Source: Blastocladiella emersonii ATCC 22665
Taxonomy: Eukaryota; Fungi; Blastocladiomycota
Direction of reading: 5' to 3'
DNA length: 64,000 nucleotides
Assembly: GCA_025594325.1 (NCBI GenBank)
Contig: JANHCV010000005.1
Span: forward strand, 1,178,001-1,242,000
Made by a program: the position numbers and the translations under genes. The notes beneath the pieces are model-generated. The model worked only from the letters and a program-made list of their open reading frames with translations, did not search any database and was not told where the DNA came from. Below are positions 1-11,319 of this stretch, piece after piece; within the stretch, counting starts at the first letter, position 1; each line of letters opens with the position of its first letter.

Positions 1-2
1 CG

Positions 3-1845
3 GCGGGCAAGAAGCCGACTTCGGCCTCCGCTGCCGCCGCGACGGGTGCCGCCATGAAGCCGGCTGCGGCCAACGGTGGCGGTGCTGACGGAGAGACGGC
101 CGAGGAGACGCCCGCGGCCGCGGGCGACGAGCACGACCGCGAGGGCCGCGCCAAGAACCGCGCGCGCACTGAGAAGAAGATCAAGGACCGCAACGACGTG
201 CAGCGCGTGGTGCTCGACAACCTGATCGAGGCGGTCGCGACGGTGCCGCTGGCCGACCCGTCGACGTGGCCCGACCTGTACCCGCTCGACACGCCGTTCC
301 GCAAGTACTATTTCGCGGACCAGCGCATCCCGATCCCCGACAACCGCGTGCTGCAGTTCAGCGCCGACGCCGCCCACGGGCTGTGGGACCGCGCGCTGCC
401 GTTCCCGACGGGCCCCGTGTCGCTGTACGAGCGGCTGACGGACGAGCTCACGTCGTTTTCCGAGTTTTTGGGCGGGACGCGCGGCGAGCGGTTCCTGCGC
501 AAGCTGACGTTCGACCGGCTCGAGGCCACGCTGCGCCCGCTGCTCGGCGAGGGCACGCTGATCATGCTGTTCGGGTCGTCGGCGTCGCCCGCCTACAACC
601 CGGCCAGTGACCTCGACGTCGGCATCCTGCCCGCCAACGCCTCCTTCGACAAGCTGTCGGACGGCAAGAACCGCAGCACCAAGATCCTGAGCAAGCTACT
701 CAAGCCCATTGGCGTGCTCGGCGACAAGTCGATCGAGTGGATCCCGCACGCCAAGGTGCCCCTCATCAAGTACACGGACGTGGTCACCAAGATGGAGGTG
801 GACCTGTCGGTGCAGTGGGAGGGGTTCACGTCCGTCCAGATCGTCGAGGACCTGGTCGCCCGGTACCCGAGCACCGTCCCGCTCGTCCGCACCGTCAAGG
901 CCATGCTCAACCTGCACGGCATCAACAAGGGCGCCGAGCACGGCATCAACGGGTTCTGCGCCCTGTGCATGGTCATCGCGATCCTGCAGCGCATGGAGGC
1001 CATGGGCATCGCTACCTCGGTCGACCCCGAGAACCCCGCCCCGCTCGACCACCACATCACCGGCATGGCCTTCCTCACCTTCGTCCACTTTTTCGGGTTC
1101 GTCTTTGACCCTGCCACCACGGGCATCGACAACACCAACAACGGCGTCCTGTTCCTCCGCGTACGTCCACTCTCTCTTTCGTGGGTCGGTGCCGACTCAA
1201 AAGCTCACCTTACACGACCGCGTATAGGACAACGTGGTCGACCGGCTGTACCAGAACAACTCGGGGACGCTGCTCGTGACGTCGGTGCGCGTGCAGACCC
1301 CCGCCGAGAACGTCGGCCGTTCCGTCGACCCGGGCCCGTGGCTCACGTTCCGGACGGCGTGCCAGCGCACGTTCCTGACGCTATACCAGCTGTCCGAGGG
1401 TCCCGAGACCTCGTCAGCGGCGGCCGCACTTGCGGGCGAGCACCCGGTCGAGCGCGCGCTCCTTGCGCACGTCGTGGCCCTGCCGGACGCGTACACGGCG
1501 GCCATGGCGGCGACCGCGAAATACCTCGGCGAGCTCGACAAGTACGCGGTGGGCGCCGCGTCCGAGCTCGAGTGGGAGACCCAGGTCCGCACCAACCTCC
1601 TCTCGTCGCTCGCCAACTTCCTCCGCAAGCACGAGGAGGCCGTCAAGAAGGCCAAGAAGGCCAAGCAGGACGCCCGCAAGCGCCAGCAGGCGCTCCAGCA
1701 GCAGCAGGCGCAGCGCATGGGGATCCCGCCGCACCAGCAGCAGCAGCAGCGCATGTACGCGGGTGCCGGTGCCGACTGGAGCGCCGATGGCGGCAGCGCG
1801 GCCGCGGCCGCGGGGCGCGCGCGGGCTCGTGGTGGGCGGGCGTAG
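3..1845 (+). CDS. Non-canonical poly(A)/poly(U) polymerase, Trf4/Cid1 family (5' partial, 2 exons, intron 1161-1227)
   Basis: Pol-beta NTase motif FGSSASPAYNPASDLDVG, HAKVPLIKYTD..EVDLS and a PAP-associated region after splicing GTACGT..TAG (GVLFLR|DNVVDRL). The frame is open back to the window edge, so the true start is probably upstream. Confidence 0.85.
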
Positions 1846-2721
1846 GTGGGTGATGATACAGGGCGAGTAGTGCCGGATACACGAATTTTTCTGTTGAGCT
1901 CTCTCTGGGATGCGAGTGGAGTCCCGCCCGACCATGGCGGGTGCGCACCACTCGAGCGATCCATCGCAGCAGGGCCGGATGACGTGCGCGTCGAGTCGAG
2001 TCGCTGATGGAAGAAGCCGAAGCATCTCCGGCGCGGCGTTCCGACATGTTCCGTTGCGCCACACGTTCCGACCTGTTCCGACAGTCAAGCGCCGCGCACG
2101 TTCCTGCCGCGCCGCGATGGATCGGGCCGAGCCCTGCTGATGGCAGGGACCTCGAGGTTGCAGCGACGTCGTGGTCGCCGCCATGGTGAGGAGCGGATCG
2201 ACGTCGTGGACGATGGCCAACGTGGTCGCGGCCGTCACGGTGACCGTGGCCGCGGAGTCCAGTCACCACACACACACCATCCATCGCGGTGCGGCGCGCC
2301 AGCCTCTTGGGCGCGGCGCGGCGGTCACGGCCGGCCGTCTATTTTCGCGTCCCCGCATATGTATAGCGCGGGGGCCACGCGGGGCGGCCTGAAACGCAAG
2401 AAACCGAGGTCACGTTTTCATCTCTGGTCCATCACTCGGGCTGAGCGCGGGCTTGCGCGACCGACAGACCGAGCAGCTGTCTGATCCGCACCCGCGCCGG
2501 CACCCCCATCCCCCAAACCCGAATCGTACTTAGGCAGGGCGCTCCCCCGGCCGCATCCCCTCTCTCTCCCGCCCCTCGTCGTCGTCGTACCCGGACTCTT
2601 GCAACGTAGCACTACTTCCTCGGTCGCTTGATACCACTCCACCTCGTCAACAAGAACTGTATGCATCTCTTGTCGCGACGGAGCAGCAGCAACGAGAGCT
2701 CACACGTCTCCCCAACACAGA

Positions 2722-3756
2722 ATGTCGAACGGAACCACCACCAACAACAACAACGGCAGCACCCCCGCGGCGGCGCCGGCGCCGTCGGCCAACGCCATGT
2801 CGGGCAGCTACGTGACGCACGCGTTCGTGCAGGTGCCCAAGACGGTGGCGATCCTGGGCGTGGCGTTCAGCGGCGGGCAGGCGCGCGGCGGCGTGGAGAA
2901 CGGGCCGCAGACGCTGGCCGAGTTCGGCCTGCACCAGCAGCTGCGCGACCTCGACTGGAACGTGACGGTCGACGCGCGGTGCCAGGACCTGACGCACCTG
3001 CAGCCCAAGGCCGACGCCAACATCGGCAAGCTCAAGAACCCGCGCTACGTGTCGCGCGTGTGCGAGTACGTGGCCAATGTCGTCGAGGAGCACGCGCGCC
3101 AGGGCGAGCTCGTGCTGACGGTCGGCGGCGACCACTCGCTCGGCATGGCGACCATCTCCGGCACGGCCCGCGTCCACAAGGACATGTGCGTGGTCTGGGT
3201 CGACGCGCACGCCGATATCAACACCCCGCTCACCACCGACTCGGGCAACCTGCACGGGTGCCCCGTGTCGTTCCTGCTCGGCCTGCCCGGCACCGAGATC
3301 CCCGAGTTTGCCTGGTGCAAGCCGTGCCTGACGCCCGACCGCATCGTGTACATTGGCCTGCGCGACGTGGACGCGGGCGAGAAGCGCATTCTGCGCGAGT
3401 ACGGCATCAAGGCCTTCTCGATGACCGAGGTGGACCGGTACGGCATCGGCCGCGTCGTCGAGATGGCGCTCGACCACGTCAACCCGAACCGCGACCGCCC
3501 GATCCACCTGTCGTACGACGTCGACGCGCTCGACCCCTCGGTTGCCCCCGCCACGGGCACGCCCGTCAGAGGCGGCCTGACGTTCCGCGAGGGCCACTAC
3601 ATCTGCGAGGCGCTCCACGAGACGGGCCTGCTCGCGGCCATGGACATCATGGAGGTCAACCCCGCCCTCGCGAACGGCGACGTGACCCAGCTCACCCAGA
3701 CGGTCGCTGTCGGGTGCTCGCTCGTCCGCTCGGCGCTCGGCGAGACGCTCCTGTAA
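2722..3756 (+). CDS. CAR1: Arginase
   Basis: Intronless 344 aa with GGDHSLG, WVDAHADINTP, SGNLHGCPVSFL and SYDVDALDPSVAPATGTPVRGGLTFREG Mn-binding motifs. Confidence 0.97.
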   Translation: MSNGTTTNNNNGSTPAAAPAPSANAMSGSYVTHAFVQVPKTVAILGVAFSGGQARGGVENGPQTLAEFGLHQQLRDLDWNVTVDARCQDLTHLQPKADANIGKLKNPRYVSRVCEYVANVVEEHARQGELVLTVGGDHSLGMATISGTARVHKDMCVVWVDAHADINTPLTTDSGNLHGCPVSFLLGLPGTEIPEFAWCKPCLTPDRIVYIGLRDVDAGEKRILREYGIKAFSMTEVDRYGIGRVVEMALDHVNPNRDRPIHLSYDVDALDPSVAPATGTPVRGGLTFREGHYICEALHETGLLAAMDIMEVNPALANGDVTQLTQTVAVGCSLVRSALGETLL

Positions 3757-3930
3757 ATCCCATCGTCTTGTGTCTACCCTTCCCTCCCTCTCTTGAACAT
3801 AGCAAACCTGTCTCTATACTCTCTTTCTTCTCGATCATCTTCCGTCTTGGACTCTGAGCGATCGTGAGCGCGAGTGACAAGTTCATACAGGCTAGGGGAT
3901 TGTATTGGACAAGATCGACCACACGAGCGA

Positions 3931-4371
3931 TTACGCGGACACGGGTGCTGGCTCCTCGATCTCGTTCGCCTCAGCGACTGTCTCCTCGGCCGTCGCATCG
4001 GCAACCACGTCGGCATCCGCGGCCGGCGCCGCGGGCTCGACCTCCTTGGGCGCGTCCTCGTCGTCGTCGCGCAGCTCGTCGGCGTACACGTCGGGGTGCT
4101 CGCGGAAGCAGTCCTGCATGGCCTGGAACTTGTCGACGCAGTCGATGCCCTTGGGGTCCGTCTCCGAGTACACAAAGCACGAGAAGGCGTCGCGGAACTG
4201 CTCGCCGCACGGGCCGTACGCCATGCCGCCCAGGCACGGGCAGTCCCAGTTGATCTCGCCCGTTGCGCTCACGGCGCCCTGCGGCTCGTCGGAGGAGGGG
4301 GAGGTGTGGTCATCGGCCGTCACAAAGTGGATCGTGTCCTTGCCGTTGTCGTCGGTGCGCGAGTAGCTCAT
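3931..4371 (-). CDS. MIA40: Mitochondrial IMS oxidoreductase Mia40/CHCHD4, short soluble form
   Basis: [44 protein letters not shown]: CPC plus twin CX9C. Confidence 0.95.
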   Translation of the reverse strand: MSYSRTDDNGKDTIHFVTADDHTSPSSDEPQGAVSATGEINWDCPCLGGMAYGPCGEQFRDAFSCFVYSETDPKGIDCVDKFQAMQDCFREHPDVYADELRDDDEDAPKEVEPAAPAADADVVADATAEETVAEANEIEEPAPVSA

Positions 4372-4865
4372 GGTGGCGTGGGTGTTACGTTGCAGAGAGT
4401 GGGGGTGCTTTGTTGCTGTTGACGTTGTAAGGAGAGGGTGGAGCGATGCGTAAGCGACGACGGCGGCCGGGGAGCCGGGGAGACGCTGCCGATCATCAAC
4501 GAATCAGCAGCGCACCTGACTCTTCGCGCCCATCCTTATGGGGAATCCGGATACCGCTATGAGCCCGCATGCGCCACCGCCACACCTCCCCACCCTTCCT
4601 CTCCCCTCCTCCCCTCCCCTCTCCCTCTGATCCCCGCCATGATGACCAAATGAACACTTGGCCGTGGGCCTCACAGCTCGCCGTCGTTGGCAGCGAGTGG
4701 GTGCCGTGGCTCGCCGCGCTGCTCCGCGCCGCCGCCGTCGTGGCGCTTCTCGCGCGCCTCGCCGTCCTCCACCCGCGCATTTCGTCGTCACCGCATGGAG
4801 CTCATGTAACTTGCCGCAACGCAACGGGAAAGAAACCAAAGAGGAAGCGGATCTACATCACCGCC

Positions 4866-6062
4866 ATGGCCGTCGAGTCGCGCATCGTCGAGTCGCCGCA
4901 CAACCACGCGCCGTCCCCGACGCCGACGCCGCACGGGGAGCATGAGGCGAGGCAGGCGAGCGCGCAGAACGCGGTGCTTGAGAGTCTTGGCGTGTTGCGT
5001 AAGGCGTTTGATGCCGAGGGTGCGCTGAACCGGCTGGCGTCGCTAGAAGAGGGCGGTGGACTAACGTCGGGTCTAGGCACGCCCAAACACCCCGACGAAC
5101 TCGGCGTGGGCGTCGTCGCCGTCACCATCCAGAGCCTCGTCGTGTGGCCGCTCGACTCGCTGCGCCTGCACATGAGCGTGTGGCAGACGGTACGCCGCCG
5201 CTGTCGCCTCGCCTTCCTCGATCTCTGCTCACCCCACCCACCGCTGATGCAGCCGTCGTGGTTCGCGCTCGTCTTCCGCACGCACCACGGTAAACCGCAC
5301 GGCCCGCCTCTCCTCGTGCCCTCATCCGTCCGCCCCGCCGTGTACGCGGGCCTGCTCGAGTCGACGCTCTGGCCGACCATCTGCTTCGCGTCGCACTACC
5401 TCGAACCACGACCTAAACCGCGCGTCGTCGCGCCCGGCGGCTTCCAGCCCGTCGTCCCCACCTCCCCACCACCCCGCCTCACCGAGCACCCCGCCGCGCG
5501 GCTCCTCGGCCCACGCGTCGGCCGGTACCTCGCGTACCCGCTACGCCAGGTCGCGCTACTCCGCCAAATCGGCGCCCCCGGCCCGTCCCTGACGCTGCGG
5601 TCGTGGGCCGCCATGGTCTTCACCCCGTGGCGGTCGCGCCAACTCGGCGCCGCGCGCGGCCCCGATTTCGCGTGGCGGCTCGCCCACGAGGTCCTCGACT
5701 CGGCCGAGTGGCTCGCCGTCGAGGGCGTGCGCGGGGTCATGATGCGCGCGCGCCGCCCGCTCCCGCGCGGTGTCACGGGCCCGCCGGGGACCGCGACGTT
5801 GTTGCTCGAGACGTGGGTCCCGACGCTCGTCGGCAAGCTGGTCACGCATGTCCCGCGCGCGGCGTTGCTCAGGGCGCAGGTCGGCCTGCCGCGCGTCGCG
5901 GGGTGGGGGCTGTTGGCGGCGGGGACGGAGCCGTTTGTGCTGGCCGAGATTGTGCTTGACTGGTACCTCATCGAGGCCGCGGCGTGGGCGGTCGAGTGGG
6001 TCCGGCGAACGGTCACAGCGCCGACGCAGCCGCGGCCGCGGGCTGGGGAGGGATACAGGTAG
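4866..6062 (+). CDS. Degenerate mitochondrial-carrier-fold protein (Ugo1/SLC25A46/MTCH-like); possible in-frame intron 5190-5252
   Basis: Carrier signature-like segments WPLDSLRLHM, YPLRQVALLRQ and HVPRAALLRAQ with hydrophobic helices; GTACGC..CAG 63-nt in-frame intron candidate. Confidence 0.5.
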   Translation: MAVESRIVESPHNHAPSPTPTPHGEHEARQASAQNAVLESLGVLRKAFDAEGALNRLASLEEGGGLTSGLGTPKHPDELGVGVVAVTIQSLVVWPLDSLRLHMSVWQTVRRRCRLAFLDLCSPHPPLMQPSWFALVFRTHHGKPHGPPLLVPSSVRPAVYAGLLESTLWPTICFASHYLEPRPKPRVVAPGGFQPVVPTSPPPRLTEHPAARLLGPRVGRYLAYPLRQVALLRQIGAPGPSLTLRSWAAMVFTPWRSRQLGAARGPDFAWRLAHEVLDSAEWLAVEGVRGVMMRARRPLPRGVTGPPGTATLLLETWVPTLVGKLVTHVPRAALLRAQVGLPRVAGWGLLAAGTEPFVLAEIVLDWYLIEAAAWAVEWVRRTVTAPTQPRPRAGEGYR

Positions 6063-6210
6063 TGTATAGAAACGAACGATGAATAATAGACACGAGGTCG
6101 GTTCGGAGACGCGTTGCGCCACCTCCGCCACCCACTTTGCTACCCCTACCGCTGCTGCGACACGTAACGCGACGTGCGTCACGGCACCATCTGGGCGAGC
6201 CGGCCGCTCA

Positions 6211-7014
6211 TCACCGCGAAGGCCAGGTACAGCTAAACGCGTACGCGAGGCCGTGAGTGACACCTGCTAGACTTCCAGTGCAGCGATGGCGACGGACCCA
6301 CACAATGAAAGAGAGAAGGAGCAGAAGGACGGCGATCAGGAGCAGGCTCTCGTGGCGCAGCCGCCGCACGAGCTGGCCAACCGTCACCGACACGGCGCGT
6401 GATGGCCGCGGTGATGGACGCTCTCGACCGCGACCGTAGCCGAGTTGGGACGAGGTTGCGCGACCTGACGGCTCCGCTACGTACTCCTGCTGCACTGGCG
6501 GCCATTGCGGCCAAAAACGACTGCGTAGCCGACCACGGGTAGTGCGTCACTCGTACATAGGCCGCAATAAACAGCAGGAACACGAAGAACAGCAACGCGT
6601 TGATCGCTTGCGAAAGCGGGGTCGGCGGGCGAGGAGGGAGATCTTGCACAGGAAACTGGTGCGCTATCTCGGGCGCATGTGACCAGCGTGCGAAACCGCT
6701 CATGGACGACCAGCCCGTGGAGCCGTCATCCATAGGCGGCCAGCCCGCGTCATCAGGTGTATGCGGCCAGTCTGGGAAGCTGGACGCTGGGAAGCTAGTC
6801 GCTGGGAAGTAAGACGGGGGAAACCTGACGCAGTGAAGCCTGGTGGGAAGCCAGTCTCCGGGAAGTCGGATGGGAAGCCAAACTCCAGGAATTCAGACGG
6901 CGGAAAGCCAGATAGGAAGCCAGCAAACCCGTCCTCGTCCTCGCCGCAGTTCGGCTTCTTGGCCGCGGGTCGCGGTTGCGCTGCAGGCTTCGATTTTTTG
7001 CTTGTGCAATTCAT
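6211..7014 (-). pseudogene. Frameshifted membrane-protein gene with xFPxx pentapeptide repeat; probable divergent member of the adjacent array (3' end uncertain)
   Basis: ATG at 7014. The repeat register continues only after a shift at the 5-G run 6816-6820, joining ORF 6700-7056 to ORF 6233-6733. Hydrophobic segments ALLFFVFLLFIAAY and LLLIAVLLLLLSFIVW; shares the upstream motif of the array. Confidence 0.45.
6772..6930. repeat. Imperfect 15-nt-period tandem repeat (GGGAAG-cored), encoding [GS]FP repeats on the minus strand
   Basis: ctgggaagctggacg-ctgggaagctagtcg-ctgggaagtaagacg... about ten units. Confidence 0.85.
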
Positions 7015-7144
7015 CGAAGAGATCACTTTGCAGTTGACGCAGTTACATGGCAACAATCGCCCTCCCGAACTTGAGAGAGTGCAGACGACGCATCACCTCG
7101 GGAGCAAGCGGGAGTGGGCGGCGGCGCGGTTCGAGCCACCGAGT

Positions 7145-7158
7145 GTGGCTGAACGCGG
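7145..7158. promoter_or_regulatory. Conserved upstream motif GTGGCTGAACGCGG, copy 1
   Basis: Identical 14-mer 131 nt upstream of the minus-strand ATG at 7014; also at 9669 and 11216. Confidence 0.6.
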
Positions 7159-7355
7159 TCATGTGGCACTGCATCAGGACTTTGGCGCGCTTATGGGCAC
7201 CGCGACGTCACGGATCGTGCTCACGATCACAGTCAACCGAAAGCGCATTTGTGATGGTGCGGACGAGGAACGTTAGGATCTAGGGAGAATCCACAGTTGA
7301 ACAAATGAAAACGATGCTTGTATAAAATGCGAGCGGATCCCCAACGACACTCTCA

Positions 7356-7440
7356 TCAAGCCCACTGGTTCCGCTTTCCGACGATCGCCTCGTGCTGCAA
7401 CACGGGTGCGTGCCAGTACACCATGGCCACGGTGCAGAGA
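7356..7440 (-). pseudogene. 3'-end relic of a LAPTM-like array gene
   Basis: Reads LCTVAMVYWHAPVLQHEAIVGKRNQWA*, similar to the paralog C-termini IYTVVLVCWYAPVLQR* and YAIVVIHRYVPVMRHEIAAVSRW*. Confidence 0.6.
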
Positions 7441-7596
7441 CGCGCTCAACTGACACCGTACTAGTGATGATATGGACCATTTTGGTCGCCAAGAAACGGA
7501 TGCACGTGAGCGAAATCGCGCAAAACGCTGATTATATCGAATGCAAGCGAATCACCAACGATACTCATCAAGCCCACCGGTTCCGCGTTCCAATGC

Positions 7597-9547
7597 TTAG
7601 CGCTGAAGCACGGGCGCGTACCAGCACACGAGGACCACAGTGTAGATGCGCGTCGCGAGCCAGACCCTGGACGGCGGCACTGCAGTCTCGTCGCCGCACG
7701 ACAGCGCGATCCATGCGCCGACCTGGGCCGCGATGCGGAGCGCCGTGAAGCCCGCGTAGCACCAGGCCAGCGCGCAGTACGCCTTGTACTTGCGCGTGAG
7801 CGTAGCGTGCAGGAAGGCGGTGAAACCGGCGAGCACGACAATGGCGCCGATCAGGAAGACAGTGTCGATGGGCATCATGACCGCGGGATCCGACGCGGGT
7901 GGCGACGCGGGCCGGGTGTACGATAGCGTCGAGTCGACAATGGACTTGAACTCGGACTGCCACACGAGGCCGCAGAAGGCACCGAATGCGTAGTAGAACT
8001 ACGTCCGAGCGAGGCGAGGGTGAGCGATGATCGGCGCGTCAGCAACTACGGAGACTAGCGTACCCATTGGACCCAGAGAACCAGCAGGACGCCAAAGCGA
8101 AGGTCGAAACAGAAGCAAAATTTCGCTCCTTCGGGCCGCTGCGAGCCTTCGAAAACGACCGAGTAACGCGACTCGGGCCGCAAGAGTGACCGCAAAGGCG
8201 ACCGCCACCACATTGTCGACCACCACGCATCCGATACCAGCCGATTCTCGGCACGGATGGCATAAGGAGAAAGATTGAGGAGCAGGGCGCTCACGGCGGC
8301 CGCTGCCACTAGAAGCAAAGTCGGCGGCTTCACTGCTGCGCCAGAAGTCGCGATCCACGCACCACCTTGCATGGCGAGGACGAGCGCAGTCACACCAGTG
8401 TTCCACCGCGCCATGGTGCAGGTCAGCGGGAGGTCGAACGAGGCGGCCGCGAGGATGGAAATGGGGAAGCCCGCGACCGCCGCGAGCGAGAAGACCAGGA
8501 AAACGATGTCAAGCGGCGTCATGGGACTGTCGTCGGCAATCGGCGTGGAACGATGATGCAAGAGCGTCCAATCAACGACGGCCATAAACTTGGACCGCCA
8601 CGCGAAGGCGCAGTATGCGACAAACACGCAGTAAACCTAGTGGCGAGGGAATGTGTGGTGAGAACCGCAGCCATGGACGAATACGAGCCGTGATGACGCA
8701 CCCATTGGGCAGCAATGGCCGCAAAGACCACCACTTTGAACACGAGCCGCAGGTACGAGCGCCAGCCCCGCCGCGCGGGCTCACCTGCCGTTGACGAGAA
8801 CGGCTGAGCAAAGTCTGGCCGGTTAGAGCGCGCGGGGAAGCCGGATACAGGGACTAAATAGCCAATACGCTGGTCGTGCTGCTGAACTGGCGCCGGAGCA
8901 GGCCAGGAGCGCGACGGCGGGGCCAATCGACGGCCGCCGCGCGCGGTATGACTGGCCGGGACCAGCGCGTTTTCGCAGGTCACGAAAGCGCGCGCACGCT
9001 CCTGTCGTGCACGCTGAAGCCGAAACGACCGCGGCGGGGCCGACTCCGCGTCCGCAGGCGGCGACGCTGAATCGCCACGACTCGCGCTCCCGCTGCCAAT
9101 TAGCGGCGTGGTCTCGCGAGCTTCGGGGTGCTGCTGCGGGCGCTGTAGCCGGGAGGACAGCAAGACCCGCGTTGCGGGCGCCAGCGATGGCACGGGCGAC
9201 ACCGAGCGGGCGGCGCGGGGCGACGGAGGAGGCGACGACGTGTACGAGGGTAGCGAGGACGAAAACGTGTACTCTGGCGGCGAAGATGAGAGCACCGACG
9301 CGGGCGGCGAAGCGAAATCCGTGTACATGGGCGGTGGCGAGGGACAGTCGCAGTTCTCGTCAACGGGCAGCAGCGGCGGCCACGGGGGGAGATCAGACAG
9401 AGTCGATGACGAGGAAACCGAGGACGGGGAGAGCTCCGGCGGCACAGGTTGAGCGGTCGGCGGCGACGACACGGCCGGGCGCGAGCCGGTGTCGCCGTGC
9501 ACCTGCGCAGGCTGCGACGCCCTGTTCGAGTCGCGAGAAGTAACCAT
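7597..9547 (-). CDS. PY-motif, double-module LAPTM-like multipass membrane protein (exons 9547-8702, 8636-8064, 7998-7597; about 606 aa)
   Basis: Two 65-nt GT-AG introns, each directly after a QW codon pair, all phase 0. N-terminal PPMY/PPEY/LPSY; internal FCFCFDLRFGVLLVL starts a second TM module. Confidence 0.8.
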
Positions 9548-9668
9548 ATGGCGGCCGTTTGCACGCGGTTACATGGGCTGCGTTTGTGTGGGCCGTCAAG
9601 GGGGGGAGAGCAAGGCTGCATGAAGGCGAGGAGCGGGAACTGGACACGGTCACGCGCGCGCGGTGTGA

Positions 9669-9682
9669 GTGGCTGAACGCGG
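9669..9682. promoter_or_regulatory. Conserved upstream motif GTGGCTGAACGCGG, copy 2
   Basis: 122 nt upstream of the ATG at 9547. Confidence 0.6.
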
Positions 9683-9916
9683 TCGGTGCCGGCACGGGCG
9701 GGCGAGCCACTCTCGGGCACCGCGCCATCTACCGCGGATCACGGCCGTGATCACGACCACAAACGACACTGCACTCTCGCCGATGCATGTGTCAAGCGTC
9801 CGCGCCTCAAGAGGCAACACGCGTTACGCGGCTCCCCAACAGCCCCTGTCAAAGCTCGCCTAATGGGACGAAACGCGTATATCAAGGAGCTCGATGGCAA
9901 ACGAGCGGTACAGACA

Positions 9917-11091
9917 TCAACGATTAGTCCGGCGCCGCAACACGCCAGCGTACCGGTTCACGACCACAACAGCGTACACGCGGATGGCGATCCAGACCCA
10001 CGACGGTGCTGCGGCCGCCGTCGCCTCCTCGCCGCCTGCTTCGAACCCGGATAGCGCAATCCACGCGCCGATCTGCGCGGCGATCCGGAGCGCCGTGAAC
10101 CCCGCGTAGCACCACGCCAACGCGCGGTACGCGGCCGAGTCGCGCGTCCACGCGGCGTGCAGAAAGGCCGTGAACGCTGCGAGCACGACGATGGCCGCGG
10201 TCAGGAAGACGATGTCGATGGCCGTCAGCGGGACCGTGTAGTCGTCGTCGTCGGGGTTGGGCGAAGGCGCAGGTACAGGGCGGTGGTGCATGAGCGTGGA
10301 ATCGACAATCGACGTGAACGTGGACGGCCACATCATGGCGCTCACGACCGTGAAGGCGTAGTACATCTACACGGGGCAGCGATCGATGGTGAGCAAGGAT
10401 CGTTGTGATCGACTGCTGGCGCATGATGTACCCATTGGACTTTGAGGATCGAGAGCACTGCCAAGTACCCGCTTAGCGTCGACTTTTCCGTGTAGTTGGA
10501 TGCCGAAGACGAAGATGACGACCACCGCCACTCATCCGACGCCGGCCGCTCAACAACGCGGTTGACCTGTGTGTGGTGGTGGTGATGGTGGTGGTGAACC
10601 TCAACCGGCACCGGCACCGGCACCGTCACCTGCACCCGCGGCGGCCGAATCGACGGAGCCGGCTTTGGCTTGGGCTGACGCTGGACAGGCGGCGGTTGCG
10701 GAGACTTGGTGTACGCGGGCGGAGAGGACGGGACGCGGCCGCCAACGGTGCTCGCACCGCCGCCGCCGAGGAGCGACGACGTCTCGCTCACATTCTCGGC
10801 GTGAAGATGCCGCCATTTCTGCTTCTGTTTCCTCTTCTTCTTCTTCTGGCCAGCTGACGGAGGCGGCGGCGACACGGCGTACGCGGGCGGAGGCACCACG
10901 GTCGATCTGCCAAGGTTTGCGCCGCTGCTGCGCGCCGTGTGCGAGCAGCTGCTCTGCGAGTCGGCCGCGGGTGACCACGCCGGCATCTGTGGTGGTACCG
11001 GCACGATGCCGTTGGGATGCGCTCGCACGCCGGCCGTCCACGCGGCCGTGCGCGACCGCTTCGCCCGCTCGAGATCGCGTGAGGGGGACAT
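9917..11091 (-). CDS. PY-motif LAPTM-like membrane protein (exons 11091-10432, 10366-9917)
   Basis: 65-nt intron after QW; two PPAY motifs and poly-His; TM module similar to its neighbours (IVDSTL, AGFTAFLHA, ALAWCYAGFTALRIAAQ). Confidence 0.8.
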
Positions 11092-11215
11092 CTACCAGTA
11101 ACCACGCGATCGGTGCTTACATGAGCTACAAGCCTTCGTGTTGCCACGGGAGAGCGGACAGGCCGCCTCGAGGAGGAACACCAGTGGCTGGACACGGTCA
11201 GGTGGGCCGACGTGT

Positions 11216-11229
11216 GTGGCTGAACGCGG
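11216..11229. promoter_or_regulatory. Conserved upstream motif GTGGCTGAACGCGG, copy 3
   Basis: 125 nt upstream of the ATG at 11091. Confidence 0.6.
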
Positions 11230-11319
11230 GCGGCGGCCGCACAAGCGAGCGAGCCGCTCTCGGGCATCGCGACATCGCGGACCATGGTCACGATCACGCT
11301 CAAACGACACCGTACTAGT

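Noticed and set aside
1414-2484. Overlapping ORFs between the polymerase and arginase genes
   Set aside because: No recognisable domain or consistent splice model.
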